Shown: positions 45,864 through 58,996 of the stretch, piece after piece
Position numbering within the stretch: the first letter of the stretch is position 1
Layout: each line of letters starts with the position of its first letter
From: an uncultured Nitrososphaerales archaeon
GTDB lineage: Archaea > Thermoproteota > Nitrososphaeria > Nitrososphaerales > Nitrososphaeraceae
DNA: 64,000 bases
Direction of reading: 5' to 3'
Assembly (NCBI GenBank): GCA_963709405.1
Contig: CAVPXM010000073.1
Location: 1 to 64,000, forward strand
Program-made: the position numbers and the translations under genes
Notes under the pieces: generated by a model
What the model saw: only the letters and a program-made list of their open reading frames with translations
Told to the model about the DNA's origin: nothing
Database searches by the model: none

Positions 45864-46425
45864 TCACTTGTTGGTGTCGCTGCTGTTGTCTCTTCCTTTT
45901 CTTATTCTTCTTATTCTATCCTTTATCAAAAATATTCCTCTAATAATCAGAACAATAATTCCAATTAATGATAATAATGGTCCAGCTATTGCCATGGCGC
46001 TCAGTAAGGTTTTAGGCTGGCCGCCGGCATCAAAGAATTCAATGTTGCCAAATATAGTATTTGCACTCAAATGTTTTGTCCCCAAATTTGTAATCAAAAT
46101 GTTATCCACACCATCATTGCCTGGTACAAAACTGGTAAATAGTCTGTGTGTAAAGTTAAGATGTAGTATTTTAGCTAGGCCTGGTTGTTGTATAACCTGA
46201 ATATTTAAACGCACATCTGGTGGTTGATAATTTACAGCAATTGCCATTTTTGGCTGCTTTGACTTCTGAAGTCTTGAAAATGGATTTACCAGGAGAAAGT
46301 GTTTCAATGCTTGAATTAATTGAGAATAGTTGTTGCTTTAATATGACAAATATTATTCCAATTAAAATTATCCCTCCACCAAGAATTGCACCGCCAGCAA
46401 TTAACAGCCTAGATCCTCGTTGCAT
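45864..46425 (-). CDS. Two-TM membrane protein, frameshifted
   Basis: ORFs 46171..46425 and 45864..46307 join; terminal hydrophobic helices. Confidence 0.6.
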
Positions 46426-46538
46426 GTAATTTAGCTCATCAACCTACCACGACTAATATTAAACCTACCAACAAGCATCACATAGCTTATGATGTGTTAC
46501 TCTTCGATAATTGGTTCTTTAATCTTTATTGATCTTAC

Positions 46539-46787
46539 TTATCGAAGTTTGTCTTTTCTTTTTGACTCGATATTCTTCAATAACTCTTGAGCTTTATCCT
46601 GACCCAAGATCTCCTTTAGTCTTTCTTCTGATTCTTTTCCTTTCCAAGAATCCAGCACTTTGATGACATTATCTTTAGTATCTGGAGTAAAATCCTTTAT
46701 TGCATTGTCTATTATCTTTCTGTGGCCTCTAGCGAGATCCTTGGGTCTAAATACAGCACCCATATAATGTCTTATGAAGATCATCAA
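46539..46787 (-). CDS. Small hypothetical protein
   Basis: Charged helical 82-aa ORF. Confidence 0.6.
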   Translation of the reverse strand: MMIFIRHYMGAVFRPKDLARGHRKIIDNAIKDFTPDTKDNVIKVLDSWKGKESEERLKEILGQDKAQELLKNIESKRKDKLR

Positions 46788-47180
46788 TAATAATATTATT
46801 TGGATTTGACATATTACCGCATTTATTTTTAATTTACTTTATTTTAGTTGAACTTTTCGGGGTATGGAATATGGACAACAATATACATTCGTTACTTTGT
46901 CGCCTAACCCTCAATATGTTTAGCTCAGATTGCGATATTAGCCTTTTCTATGCTGTTGAGCATGGCCATTCTTATAACAGTCATAAGTTAGGCTTGTGGT
47001 AATTAATAAAATCATTTTCTTGTATAATTTTTTGATATAGAAGAGGATTTTTTGGAGACGTGTCTTAGACAAATCTGCAACTACATAAAGCTTCTTTTGT
47101 TATCGTTCTTATCCCGTGTATTACTATAAACAGTATTTCCATGAGATGGAGAATTTAGAAGGAATTTCTACTACATAGTA

Positions 47181-47270
47181 ATAGAAGCGTTAGCATGTAA
47201 AGAAGTATGGAATTTAGATAATGGTATTTCTATACGTTGTAGATGTCATAAAGACTGCAGAATAAATTAA
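47181..47270 (+). pseudogene. Possible HNH-nuclease C-terminal remnant
   Basis: EVWNLDNGISIRCRCHK resembles WxxxNGxxLCxxCH. Confidence 0.35.
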
Positions 47271-47788
47271 GAAATATGTTTATGGTCTGGTATATGAGAA
47301 AAAGCTAAATAAGCAAAACAACCGATAACAGTGGTATCAATTTGAGGCATGTAACATAACTAATGTACCTTTGAAAGCTATCACTTTACAAGCTCTTTGG
47401 ACCATAACCGAGTTCGTCAAAATTCGGGACGTGCTGACAATACTTCAGTAGATGGGTTCTTAGATGGTAGGCATGTATTTCTACCATGGAACACTTAAGA
47501 ACTTCGATAAGACCAGCGGGAATAGCTAATAATTTAAGAGTTGAAGACAGTTTCACTAATGGAGAGTTTCATATTGAGACCAGATCACAATGCCTTCAAT
47601 TGATTGTGCTGTTGTTGGTATAACTGACATTGTGGTGAGAACGGGCAATAGCCGCGACAGAAGTTAGACCGATTGCTAAAAAGAACCATAGCATATCTAG
47701 AAAAACGATTTGGAGATTAGTGATTGTTTATCTAGATATAACCATGAGTTACATGAGTTTATATTATTTAAGTCAACTACTATAATAA

Positions 47789-49087
47789 ATGACTAATCAA
47801 ATAAAATCATTTAAGAAAAGAACCATAGTGATAGTAGTTCTTGCATCTTTGGCTGTTATAATTCCTGTTGTATATTTAATTCATAACCCCTCTACTGCTT
47901 TAGCAGCTCCTTCTATAACAAAAGATCCAAACCTGAAAGTTGAGACCGTAGTTACTGGATTATCTTCTCCTACTAGTCTAGCTTTTATTGATAATAACAA
48001 CATCTTGGTCTTAGAAAAAGGGGGTCAAGTACGTCTTGTGTCAAATGGGGTACTACAAAGCAGGCCAATCTTGCAAGTATCTGTTGCTACAGAAAGTGAG
48101 CGAGGTTTGCTTGGAATTGCTATTCTGAATAGTACAAAGACAGGTACTAGTCCCACTGCGGCCAATAACAACAAGTTCGTATTTCTATACTATACTGAAT
48201 CCAAAGGTGGAGATTTAAGAAATAGAGTTTATAGATATGAATGGAATGTGCAAAACCACAATCTTACCAATCCTACTTTGTTATTGGACCTTCCAGCACT
48301 TCCAGGTCCCAATCATGATGGAGGGAAACTGGTTATTGGTCCAGACCATTATCTTTATGCAGTAATAGGAGATCTTAACCATAGAGGTAAGCTCCAGAAT
48401 ATTAAGAATGGTCCTGATCCTGATAATACTTCCGTTATACTCAGAGTGAACCTTAATAACGGTTCAGCAGCCAAGGACAATCTTTTCATAAATGATGCCA
48501 ATATTGCGATGCACAAATACTATGCATACGGTGTAAGAAATAGCTTTGGAATTACATTTGATCCTATAACCCATAATTTATGGCAAACCGAAAATGGACC
48601 TGATATATATGATGAAATTAATGTAGTAAAACCAGGCTTTAATAGTGGATGGATTCAAGTTATGGGTCCACTATCAAGAACTGCAGGTGTTAGCACAGAT
48701 CAATTAGTTAATTTTCCTGGCTCTCATTATGCAGATCCTGTATTTAGCTGGAAAAATCCTGTCGCAGTTACAGATATAGAATTTATGAAATCATCGGTGC
48801 TGGGAGAGAAGTACAAAAACAATATTTTTGTTGGCGATTATAATAACGGTAATTTATATTATTTTAAAGTCAACAATACAAGAACAGGAATCAAACTTGA
48901 TATCAGTCAAGAGCAGGCTGGACTGTCTGGTTTGGTTGTAGACAATAGCAATCAGCTATCTGCAGTAACATTTGGTACTGGTTTTGATGGAATTACTGAT
49001 ATAAAGACTGGACCAACAGATGGCTTTCTATATATTTTATCAATCGGTGATGGAAATATCTACAAAATTGTACCATCAACCAAATGA
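47789..49087 (+). CDS. PQQ-dependent glucose/sorbosone dehydrogenase family
   Basis: ERGLLGIA, NHDGG, YGVRNSFG, ENGP..DEIN..PGFNSGW. Confidence 0.92.
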   Translation: MTNQIKSFKKRTIVIVVLASLAVIIPVVYLIHNPSTALAAPSITKDPNLKVETVVTGLSSPTSLAFIDNNNILVLEKGGQVRLVSNGVLQSRPILQVSVATESERGLLGIAILNSTKTGTSPTAANNNKFVFLYYTESKGGDLRNRVYRYEWNVQNHNLTNPTLLLDLPALPGPNHDGGKLVIGPDHYLYAVIGDLNHRGKLQNIKNGPDPDNTSVILRVNLNNGSAAKDNLFINDANIAMHKYYAYGVRNSFGITFDPITHNLWQTENGPDIYDEINVVKPGFNSGWIQVMGPLSRTAGVSTDQLVNFPGSHYADPVFSWKNPVAVTDIEFMKSSVLGEKYKNNIFVGDYNNGNLYYFKVNNTRTGIKLDISQEQAGLSGLVVDNSNQLSAVTFGTGFDGITDIKTGPTDGFLYILSIGDGNIYKIVPSTK

Positions 49088-50265
49088 TCTATATAATATC
49101 ATGTGCGCGAAGCAAGCGAAATCGTATAAGCTTTTGAAATTACATTCTATTTATCTCCTGTCTAGAACTTCGAGTTGTTTCGCCTGAATTTATTATTACG
49201 TAATTCTATTCGGCAAGCTCTTTTTTAGCAAAATCAATGAGGAAAAATAATACCTGTCTATGGTGGTAAAATACTTTCAACATGTTACAGAATATGATGG
49301 GTGTAAAGCTGGCACGCAATGAAAATTATCTGGACTCGGGCATGCGAGTTTTTTCAGTTTTGTTTCTGAATGAATGTATGTTTATCTATCAGTAAACTAC
49401 TAATAAAATATATAGTTTTATGCCAGGACTGGGGTGGTGGAAAGAGAAGAAACTAAAAGTCTAATATCTTGTGTGTGGGGCAAGGGGTTATAATTATAAA
49501 CAAATTCTATCCGTTGTAAATGATAACTTAAAGAAGCATAAACTAGTATCTCAGAAAAGGCCTCATTTAATATTTTAGCAAAGACAAAAAAAGATGCTCA
49601 GGAATGGCTGAAATATCTCTCCGTAGGTAAAGATGACTACATCGATGAATATAGACAGAGAATTATGGAATTAAAGGAACAACGTAGAGATTTATGTGAA
49701 CTCGTTAGAAAATACGTTAGCCAATCATTTGTTCAAATCTCAGCTCATAAAGAAATTCATGCTCTTACAAAATCTATTTTACAATTATATGAAACACTTC
49801 CACTATTGGTAACTAACAGCAATATACCCCAATGGCGATATATTTTGTGATTCTATCTACGAAGATACGACTGGTAAATATCCCGATCTTTCTGCATAAC
49901 ATAAAATAATGTATTCTTGCAATACTCCATTTTTTTAGGAATTTTTTCTGATCGGTAAGTCTCATCGAATCTTTTGAGCGTCGTTTCGTATTCATCAACG
50001 TATTCTTCAAGTCTATAATATTGTGTGAACCTTGTAAAGTTGGCAATCCTATGTCTAACTTTATCACGAAAGCGTTCAGTCAGAGGTACGAATGTTTTAT
50101 GCCAAAAAGTACACTAATTACATGTACATAGTCTTATATCGTATTATTCCCTTTGACCTAGAAAATTGTGATGTTGTCATATATTTTTGATGATGATTTC
50201 AAATAGTCTTCATTGCTATTAAGTGAAAGATATTCTTTAGTAAGTGAATACTGTCAATAAGGCTA

Positions 50266-50490
50266 TTGATTGGTAAACAATCATTGGGAATATCGGATAA
50301 ACACTCGTGGAGTATGTTTCGAGGAAGTTCGATGCGAACAGGAGTCTCTGCATCCAGGATACCCCGCAAACCTTCGCTTTTGTGGGTAACAGAAATTGGA
50401 CCAAGCGTGTCCTCTCCTGTATTCGATGACAATAAAATATACGTGGCAACTATGACTGGACGAATTTTTGCATTAAATCCATTTCAATGA
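50266..50490 (+). pseudogene. PQQ-like beta-propeller (BamB-type) N-terminal fragment
   Basis: WSMFRG..RTG..LLW...SSPV....IYVA...G.IFALN then stop. Confidence 0.7.
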
Positions 50491-50763
50491 TGGCCTTTTT
50501 AGTAGATTTGGATTCTTCTTTTTGTTGTTCTTCTTGCATAGATTGTAATATCTTTGCATTTATATCATCAGTATCCAAGTTCGCTTTTAAATATCTTGCA
50601 AAATCAGAAGGAGTAATTATGCTTTCAGATCACATTTTTGCTCCTCGTAAATATCAAATACTAATACCTGGACCTTGGTCTCACTGGGCTAAAATATTAT
50701 TTGAGAAATATTATCTGTGGAAAATGAAACATGGTGTTACATATTTGCCTTAAATAATAATAA

Positions 50764-51135
50764 ATGGTAAAGAGAAATAACATGACGACAATTGATTCAG
50801 AGCAGCTTACAAAATTTCTTAAAGATCCTATCATTGTAAGAATAGTCAGCATACTAGACATTGCAAGTTTATCTATACTAGAGTTACTGGAATATGATTT
50901 AACCAGAAAAGACATTAATCATGCATTATCAAGCGGAGTTATTACAATTGATAAGTCTGTATCCTCAGCTTCATCTTATGAATATGATCAAAGAAATATG
51001 CTTGTTAGCGGAGACTATTATTTTTACAATTTCCTAAATAGTAAAGTGAAATTAACTGAGATTGGGCTGTATATTTTAGAATCTATAAAGGGAGACAAAC
51101 AATCGAATGTGAATATTCCAAGGGAAGTAGAATAG
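50764..51135 (+). CDS. Hypothetical protein, wHTH-like
   Basis: IVRIVSILDIASLSILELLEY...KVKLTEIGLYIL. Confidence 0.65.
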   Translation: MVKRNNMTTIDSEQLTKFLKDPIIVRIVSILDIASLSILELLEYDLTRKDINHALSSGVITIDKSVSSASSYEYDQRNMLVSGDYYFYNFLNSKVKLTEIGLYILESIKGDKQSNVNIPREVE

Positions 51136-51284
51136 CAAAGATGACAACGTATCTGAGCTTTTCGTCTTATCCAGATTAATTTCGATAATTTCCCAATCGT
51201 ACACCTAAAAGCCTATAATCATTATTTTATAAAAATTTCTACTGATTTTGTATATTTATGAATTCATTTAACTTATCACTATGT

Positions 51285-51473
51285 TCATAGCGCATTATGG
51301 CAATAACATCTCGGTTTTGTTCTTAGTCCATGGCCACAACATGGACATTGCACACCTTTCCATTCTATGAAGATTGCATATACCTGATAACATTTCTGGC
51401 CTGCTGATCTCTGGCTTAAGGTAGATGCAGGTTTACTGACCCTATACTTTATGCATATGCCTTTACAAACCAT
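51285..51473 (-). CDS. Small Cys-rich Zn-finger protein
   Basis: CKGIC...CPCCGHGLRTKPR. Confidence 0.65.
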   Translation of the reverse strand: MVCKGICIKYRVSKPASTLSQRSAGQKCYQVYAIFIEWKGVQCPCCGHGLRTKPRCYCHNAL

Positions 51474-51554
51474 CGAAGTATGAGCCTCTAAAAGACGGAA
51501 ATCACAAAAAGTATGATATCTCAGTCTTAACTGAGTAGATATAATAACTCTCTG

Positions 51555-52554
51555 TGCTTTGTTGCATGATTCATTATGTTGTAAGTGATATTTATTTGAC
51601 CACTCCGCATTTAGCTTACTAATAGTAATTATTCTGATATGATTGACTGGCCTTCGTACAATGAATCACTAGTCAGACGTGGTCAAGTACTCTTGGATTT
51701 TGATGTCACTTGATGAATGGGATCATGAATTATCTCAAATGAATGAAGGTAAGGTTGGTGAGCCCTATGACTACCCAGATTCATTTATGCAGCTTCTAGG
51801 TTACATGAGAGCATATTTCCATCTACCATATAGACAAACACAGGGTGTAGTCATAGCTCATGCGAGTAAAAAAGTTCCAGGCATACCAGATTATAGTACT
51901 ATTAGTAGACGCATAAACAAACTGGAAATTAAAATCAATGAAAGATTGGGAAATGATATTGTCATTGCTTTAGACAGCACTGGCATTAAAGTAACTAATC
52001 GTGGAGAATGGATACGACACAAATGGCATGTTAGAAAAGGATATCTAAAGATACATGTGGCAGTTGACATCAAGAGGAAAAGAATCCTGTCTTTGGAGGT
52101 AACAAGTGAAGAGGTACATGATGGTAGGATACTAAAGAAGTTAGTAGATAATGCTTCTGAAAATAATAATCTGAAGGGTATATTAGCAGACGGTATGTAC
52201 GATAGCAATAACAATTTTAGATACCTATCAAAGAACCACATTAAACCTGGTATAAAGACAAGAAGTAATTCCAAGGTCAAGTCAACTAACTGTCATGCTA
52301 GGAATATGTCTGTAGTAAAACAACAAGCAAACTTCAAAAGATGGAAGCGAAGCATGAGCTATGGACATAGATGGATGGCAGAAACAGTATTCTCTTCTAT
52401 TAAAAGAATGTTCGGAGAACATGTAACAGCTAGAAAATTTTCTAACATGGTAAAGGAGATCTTCCTAAAGGCAACTCTGTATAACATGTTCAATCGAATG
52501 ACATAACCATCAGCATAAATGAACTAAAATCCTAATGGATCATGCAACAGAGCA
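51555..52554 (+). mobile_element. IS5-family element; transposase 51639..52506 with a shift near 51709
   Basis: 22-bp IR TGCTYTGTTGCATGATYCATTA; flanks ACTCTCTG/GCTCTCTG (near-perfect TSD); LDSTG, ADGMYD, RWMAETVFS. Confidence 0.92.
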
Positions 52555-52644
52555 GCTCTCTGCAATGCTAGTTCTATGAGGCGAATTGTGCATTAGGTTA
52601 TGTGCTCCGAAATGTAGTAATTCATATATGCTAACTAGAATCGA

Positions 52645-53223
52645 ATGTATATATCAATGAACAACCAACTACAAATGAAAGACACTACGCTTGAAATTAT
52701 ATTTTTCTTGTTAATTGTAATCTCTTTATTAGCGACTAGTACGGAATTTTCGCAAAGTGTTGTATTTGGAGCCGTCAATATGGCGATGCAGAATGAGAGT
52801 GGGATGAGGGGAATGACAATGCCTAATAACATGACGATGAAAAACATGATTGAACGTGGAAATATTGCCATGGGTTTTAACCAAAACAAAATAATGCATC
52901 ATTTCATTGCAACTACAACCGGTGGTGAAATTATGATAGTTGCTTTAAATAGCAGTGATAGTGACACAACAAAGCAAATTAGAAACCATGTTGCCGATAT
53001 TCAAAATGAATTCTCTAAAGGCAACTTTACAAAACCCTTCTTCATACATGCGCAACAGGTCCCAGGTACCAAGTTAATGACTGAGAAAAAAGACCTAATA
53101 AAATACAGTATAAGACAAATGAGTAATGGTTCTGCTTTATTACTTACAACAAATGATCAACAATTAATTGGAGCAATACATCAATTCATTGCTTTCCAAA
53201 CAGGCCAACATCGTGGACATTGA
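52645..53223 (+). CDS. Secreted Met/His-rich hypothetical protein
   Basis: Signal peptide, Met-rich linker, AMGFNQNKIMHHF...GGEI, C-terminal HRGH. Confidence 0.75.
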   Translation: MYISMNNQLQMKDTTLEIIFFLLIVISLLATSTEFSQSVVFGAVNMAMQNESGMRGMTMPNNMTMKNMIERGNIAMGFNQNKIMHHFIATTTGGEIMIVALNSSDSDTTKQIRNHVADIQNEFSKGNFTKPFFIHAQQVPGTKLMTEKKDLIKYSIRQMSNGSALLLTTNDQQLIGAIHQFIAFQTGQHRGH

Positions 53224-53567
53224 ACATCAGCTGTATGTTCTGGAAGATCTTTTTTGGCCATTATGAATAGAAACGATGCAAATGCAAGAAAAACATGGTA
53301 GTACAAAACGGGAACATTGACTGAATATCTCACAATTTGCAAATCGTATAGTGAGATGTACAACTTCGGATTTGCATTAATATTTTTCCTATGCATCTCT
53401 ACCACCTTCATTACTACCAAACTAAAAATAGTCGTTGTGACTAGTTAGATATTCTGTTTAGGTGTAAGGGAGGGTTGGTGTTACTCCTTTTAGTGCAGAT
53501 ATTATTTTGTCCAAGGTCATACCCATGTGAACTATTTTAAGGATTTCTGTTTTTTCGTAGTCCTACT

Positions 53568-54271
53568 GGCGCTGTTCAGTTAACGGATAGACCTATAGCT
53601 AAAAACATCCTACATTCTGATAATGTCCACATCCAAAGAAAGAAGTAGGACCTCTCCATAGTATGTTTATTATGCATTACAGCTATACTTCTCAGGTTTA
53701 TCACTTCGAAGAACATCACAAAGGCTATCTCGATTTATCAAGAGAAACCATGTTTCCATTTGGAACTGGATCCAGCGCTACAAGCCAAAGAAGATATTGC
53801 AAACAAAAGAGATGTAAACTATCAGAATTTATGATAGATGAAACGTTGATTAAAGTAGGTAGTGACTATGTATGATGGTTATGGGTTGCTATTGAGCCAA
53901 ACGAAAAGACAATTCTTGGTATACGTATCTCCATTGAAAGAAATATGCTTGTGGCTGAACAGTTTATAAAATCATTGATTAGAAAATATGGAAAACACAA
54001 TATTTCAACAGATGGTGGTATATGATATCCACAAGCATGTAGATAGATTTCTAAACATTCAACATCATCACAATCATTCCTAGATTGAAAAAAGCTTCAT
54101 TGAAAGAACGATCCAATACATAATAAAAGATAGAACTGAGTGTTTTGATGATTATTTCCCTTGTAGGAAAGACAGTGATTGTAAGCTACAGCATGTCATT
54201 AATTGGATGAGTTTATTTGTAGATATGCACAATAGAGAGAATATGGAAAAGAGTGTTAAGTGAACAGAGCC
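53568..54271 (+). mobile_element. IS6-family element, transposase inactivated
   Basis: IR GGC(G/T)CTGTTCA(G/C)TTAAC; MIDETLIK, STDGG, IERTIQY, CFDDYFPC with stops. Confidence 0.9.
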
Positions 54272-54296
54272 GCTGAGTAAGTGTGTACGTTTATGT

Positions 54297-55608
54297 ATGT
54301 GCAAAATAGAATCTCAAGCTTGGGATTCATATGGAATTGGAATGGACACCAAAGTAATTAATCCATTTGGTTGGCTGTCTAAAGATGGCAAACTACTTTT
54401 AGCTGCAAGAACGCTAAGAACATTTGCGTATGGTTTTCTAAGTGTAATTCTTGCAATCTATCTAAAGTTAGTTGGTTTCGAAGACTTTTATATTGGCCTA
54501 ATACTGACTACTACTTTAATAAATAGTGTAATCTTTACTCTAATAGCAAGTTTTTATGCGGATAGAATAGGTAGAAGAAAAATTCTAATCGTCTATGCAG
54601 CTCTGATGTCCTTATCTGGAGCAATATTTTTTGTAACAACTAACTATATAGCATTAATCGTATCTGCGTTAATAGGTACGATTAATGTAACTGGAACTGA
54701 GACTGGTGCTTTCCTTTCAATAGAACAAGCAGCGTTACCTCAGACAATCAATGATATAAAGAAAAGGAATACGGTTTACGCCCTTTACAATATGGTTGGA
54801 ACCTTTGCAATGTCTGCAGGTGTTCTGCTTTCAGGTTTACCGCAAATCATTGCACAGCAGTATGGAGTAAACCAAATTGAATCCATTAAACCGCTTTTTC
54901 TACTTTATAGCATCATTGGACTCGCAGTATTAGGCATTTACTATTTGATTTCAAATAAAGTGGAGGTTACGGTAAATATTAATGATAATAACAAACTATC
55001 AAAACCACTGAAACAAACTTTATCACCGAAATCAAAGCAAATCGTTGGTAAACTATCATGTCTCTTCGCTGTAGATTCTTTTGCTGGTGGTTTTGTTATT
55101 CAAAGCATAGTATCATTATGGTTTTTTACAAAATTTGGAGTTGAATTAACAACACTATCTTATATTTTCTCTATCGCTGGAGTTCTTACTGCATTCTCGT
55201 TCCTTGTAGCTGCAAAAATTGCTGACAGGATAGGTTTGATTAATACAATGGTCTTTACACACATTCCATCTAATATTTTGCTTATACTTGTTGCATTTGC
55301 TCCTACCCTTCCACTAGCAGTCGCATTCTATCTTGCCAGAATGACTCTATCGCAGATGGATGTGCCTACAAGACAATCATATCTAGTTGCAGTAGTTAGA
55401 GAAGATGAACGAACTCCAGGCAGCAGGGATAACCAATATTTCAAGAAATATCGCGCAAGCAGTATCACCATCATTAGCCGGCTATATATTGCAGTCGTTA
55501 TCATTTTTATCAGCCCCATTTGTAATAGGAGGAGTATTAAAAATTGTATATGATATTGTTTTATATTTTAATTTTAAAAGTATTAAACCTTCAGATGAAA
55601 GAAACTGA
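54297..55608 (+). CDS. MFS transporter (frameshift near 55415)
   Basis: ADRIGRRK, SQMDVPTRQSY, multiple TM helices. Confidence 0.9.
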
Positions 55609-55892
55609 GATACCTCAACTATCACGCCCTGAGGTTGCTTGTTCATCATACAAGACTGCATTTCATTCATATTTTGATCATTATTATTATTGCCAAATGC
55701 ATCAATTCTAAGCCCTAAAAGATTATTGCATGCATACTGACTCCTATAATCGCAGTAAATACCGTAGATGAACAGGTTTTATAGCGTTGAACAAATAAGG
55801 GAACAATGAACAATTTATTTGACATGAGTTAAGATGAAACGTATGTTGGATAACTTTATACTTTACCTTATGTCTATTTTGATTATTGATAT

Positions 55893-57128
55893 ATGGAAAT
55901 AGAGAGATTTTCAGCCAAGCGTGCTGAGATGACCCTTCTTATGATTGTACTTTCATTGATATTGGCGATGTCTTTTATTTTTATCAATCCTCTAGTATAT
56001 GGAAAAAACAATTTAAACAATAGTTCAAACCAATCTCCGCAAATAATATTAAGAGACAGATCACTTGTTGCTCAGCAATATATTTCAGGTCTTAAGATTC
56101 CTATGAATATGGCATTTTTAGGAAATGACATACTGGTTTTGGAGAAGAATACTGGAGATGTTAGATTAATTAGGGACGTAAAATTGCAACCTGATCCTGT
56201 CTTAGCATTGAATGTAAGTAGCAATACTTTTGAAGAAGGTCTTTTAGGAATAGCGACAAAGGACTCAACTGTTTATTTGCATTTTACTCAGAGAGATCTA
56301 CAAAACAAAGTTTCTAATTTGTTCTATAAATACACATGGGATGGTAACAGGCTTATCAATCCAATACTAGTCAAGGAAATACATGGAGGCAGTGGACTAC
56401 ACAATGGTGGGGTAATGGTGACCGATGCAAAAGGAACAGTAGTTTACGCAGTTATTGGAGATCTAAATAATCGAAAAGGTGTATTACAAAATCATCCAGA
56501 TGGTGCACCTGATGATACCAGCGTTATTTTTCCATTAGAATCAAAAAATCCTCATCCTCCTCATGATTACTATGCTATTGGAGTTAGAACGAGTTTCGGA
56601 CTTGCAATAGATCCAGTTACAGGTTATCTATGGGATACAGAGACTGGCGGCCAAGTTGGCTATGATGAAATTAACCTAGTGACACCAAAGTTTAACAGTG
56701 GCTGGGATGTACTTATGGGACCTGCAAATTCCTCGAAGCTATCTAGCATACCGCATTATGATGGATATGCATACCATGATCCAAAGTTTACTTGGCAAGA
56801 ACCAATTGGGGTAACTGCTGTATCATTTATTCGATCACCTATTTTTAAAGAGTACCAAAACTCAGTATTAGTTGGCGGTTTCCATAATGGAATACTTTAC
56901 GAATTAAAATTAAACAAAGATCGAACAGGATTTGCATTTGGAGAACCATTTCTTGCTGACTTAGTTTTAAATAAAAATGATAAATCTACGATAATTTTTG
57001 GAACTGGATTTGGTAGCATTACTGACATCAAGGAAGGTCCAGACGGTTTGATCTATGTTATATCTTTCAGTGATGGAACAATTTATCGAATCGTTCCCAA
57101 AAATATGCCTTCTGATGCAGGGAATTAA
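55893..57128 (+). CDS. PQQ-dependent glucose/sorbosone dehydrogenase family, second paralog
   Basis: EEGLLGIA, HNGG, GVRTSFG, DEINLV..FNSGW. Confidence 0.9.
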   Translation: MEIERFSAKRAEMTLLMIVLSLILAMSFIFINPLVYGKNNLNNSSNQSPQIILRDRSLVAQQYISGLKIPMNMAFLGNDILVLEKNTGDVRLIRDVKLQPDPVLALNVSSNTFEEGLLGIATKDSTVYLHFTQRDLQNKVSNLFYKYTWDGNRLINPILVKEIHGGSGLHNGGVMVTDAKGTVVYAVIGDLNNRKGVLQNHPDGAPDDTSVIFPLESKNPHPPHDYYAIGVRTSFGLAIDPVTGYLWDTETGGQVGYDEINLVTPKFNSGWDVLMGPANSSKLSSIPHYDGYAYHDPKFTWQEPIGVTAVSFIRSPIFKEYQNSVLVGGFHNGILYELKLNKDRTGFAFGEPFLADLVLNKNDKSTIIFGTGFGSITDIKEGPDGLIYVISFSDGTIYRIVPKNMPSDAGN

Positions 57129-57899
57129 GAAACACATTTACGCACTTGCTTATTGCGCTATCCAGTATTAGCAATAATTGATTCCTATAATGCTAATCTG
57201 CAACTGCCAAATATATCACATCGTGCTATAAAGTTGCGTCCTTCTCAAATGTTACTGCATATCAAGTGCAGTTCTTATGTAAATCTGTTATAAGTTTATC
57301 ACATCTACGGTTGATAGCAACAGTTCTTTCTCTAGTTTTATTTTATAAAAAGCAAACCATATCCTTATGTCATATTGAGAAAGAACAGGTTGACATCCAT
57401 AACGCTTCCAGTCCTTATCATTTTTTGGCTTTGTCACATTTTGCTTCTTCCTCACCTTAAATACATAACGAAATGGATAAAGCTAAGTGACTCCTATTAA
57501 TTGAGAAGTTGAAGAAGGGCTTGTATATGTATTAATAGGTACTAAAAAAAAGTAATAATGTCGACGCAACAACTATTGCGATCATAAATGAGGTTATGAA
57601 AAGACATTCTTTAGATGTGACCCAATTTTTAATCGACATGTAAAATAAAATGGATCGTATTACCAAATAAAATTCTAATGATTGAGGAGCTTGAAAATCT
57701 AAAAAGCCGCTTATTTTTGTCTTTTGTATTGAGTATGTACATTTTATGTATCAAACATACTTATGATGTTAAAATTGATTAGGCGAAACCATAGGACAAA
57801 TATTAGTTTAGTTTCTTTTGTTAAACAATTTTTATATATTTAGGTTTTATTAACATTTATATCCTATCCATCAGTATAGGATATAACGACTGGATAAAG

Positions 57900-58440
57900 A
57901 TGTCAGGGGCCTTTGAGTATAAACCTAACTATATAAAAAAGGAAGAAATTATTAAAGGATATGAAAAGAAAAGTGAAGAAAAGATAGAGATACTTAGATT
58001 AGCTGGAATAGCCATGGTGATGATATTTGTAACGTGGCTGCACATCTTACAGCCAAAATGGCTAGAAAATATCTCCATCATCATTACAGTAATAGTTTGT
58101 GGATACCCTCTGTATAGGGAATCATTATCTTCATTGAAGAAGGGTCGGGTCAACATGGAATTATCTATGGTTATAGCCATTGTTGCATCACTTATTTTAT
58201 TACAATTTCTTCTAGCAATTGCAATCACTTTTTTTGCATTGGTGTCGGAATTTATCGAAGGATTTATTGTAAGAAAAGGAAGGAAAAATATTGAAGGACT
58301 TTATAGGTATACTCCCAGAAAAGCAATTGTAAAAAGGCGGAATGATCACGAAGATGAACAAGAGAATCTAACCACTCAAGAAATACCAATCAGCAAGGTT
58401 ATCGTTGGGGATATCGTCATTGTAAGAGAAGGAGACATCC
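57900..58440 (+). pseudogene. N-terminal fragment of a heavy-metal P1B ATPase
   Basis: GYPLYRESL...NMELSM...EFIE...PRKAIV...VGDIVIVREGD, then breaks off. Confidence 0.8.
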
Positions 58441-58749
58441 TTATTTACCCACTCATATTTTGGCTGGGTTATAGGAATGTCTCTTCTTGGTATTGGAACG
58501 GCTCTCGTGTATCCTACACTACTTGCAGTAATAAGCGATATTGCTCATCCAAGATGGAGGGCAACGTCTTTAGGTGTTTATAGATTTTGGAGAGATTTAG
58601 GATTTGTAGTTGGTGCAGTGGGGATAGGCTTTATTGCAGATATATCGAATATCAGTATTGCAATTCAATTTGTTGCATGGATTGCATTAATATCAGGAAT
58701 TTTTGTCCTTATCGTAATGCGTGAACCTAATCATACATTCTATCGATGA
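58440..58749 (+). pseudogene. C-terminal fragment of an MFS transporter
   Basis: GIGTALVYPTLLAVISDIAHPRWRATSLGVYRFWRDLG. Confidence 0.8.
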
Positions 58750-58996
58750 GTTGAGTATACATGTGTTAAACCACGCATAGTCAATACTTTACTTTACAAC
58801 ATAACGTTGACAAGAAAAAGGGGATATTTTTTTCCCAGATTAGCCTGTGATCAGCCATATGAGAGTTATGCAATACAAAAGGATGAGATAATTAAAAAAC
58901 ACCAAATAATAATAAGATCCAAGGCAGTCATTGGATAAGCGTTAGTAACAGTTGCAAAAATATACTTATAAATCAGTCAACCCATAATATCAATTA

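Noticed and set aside
1132-55608. Programmed ribosomal frameshifting in the many split genes
   Set aside because: Shifts are scattered, often in homopolymers or repeats; sequencing error or decay is simpler
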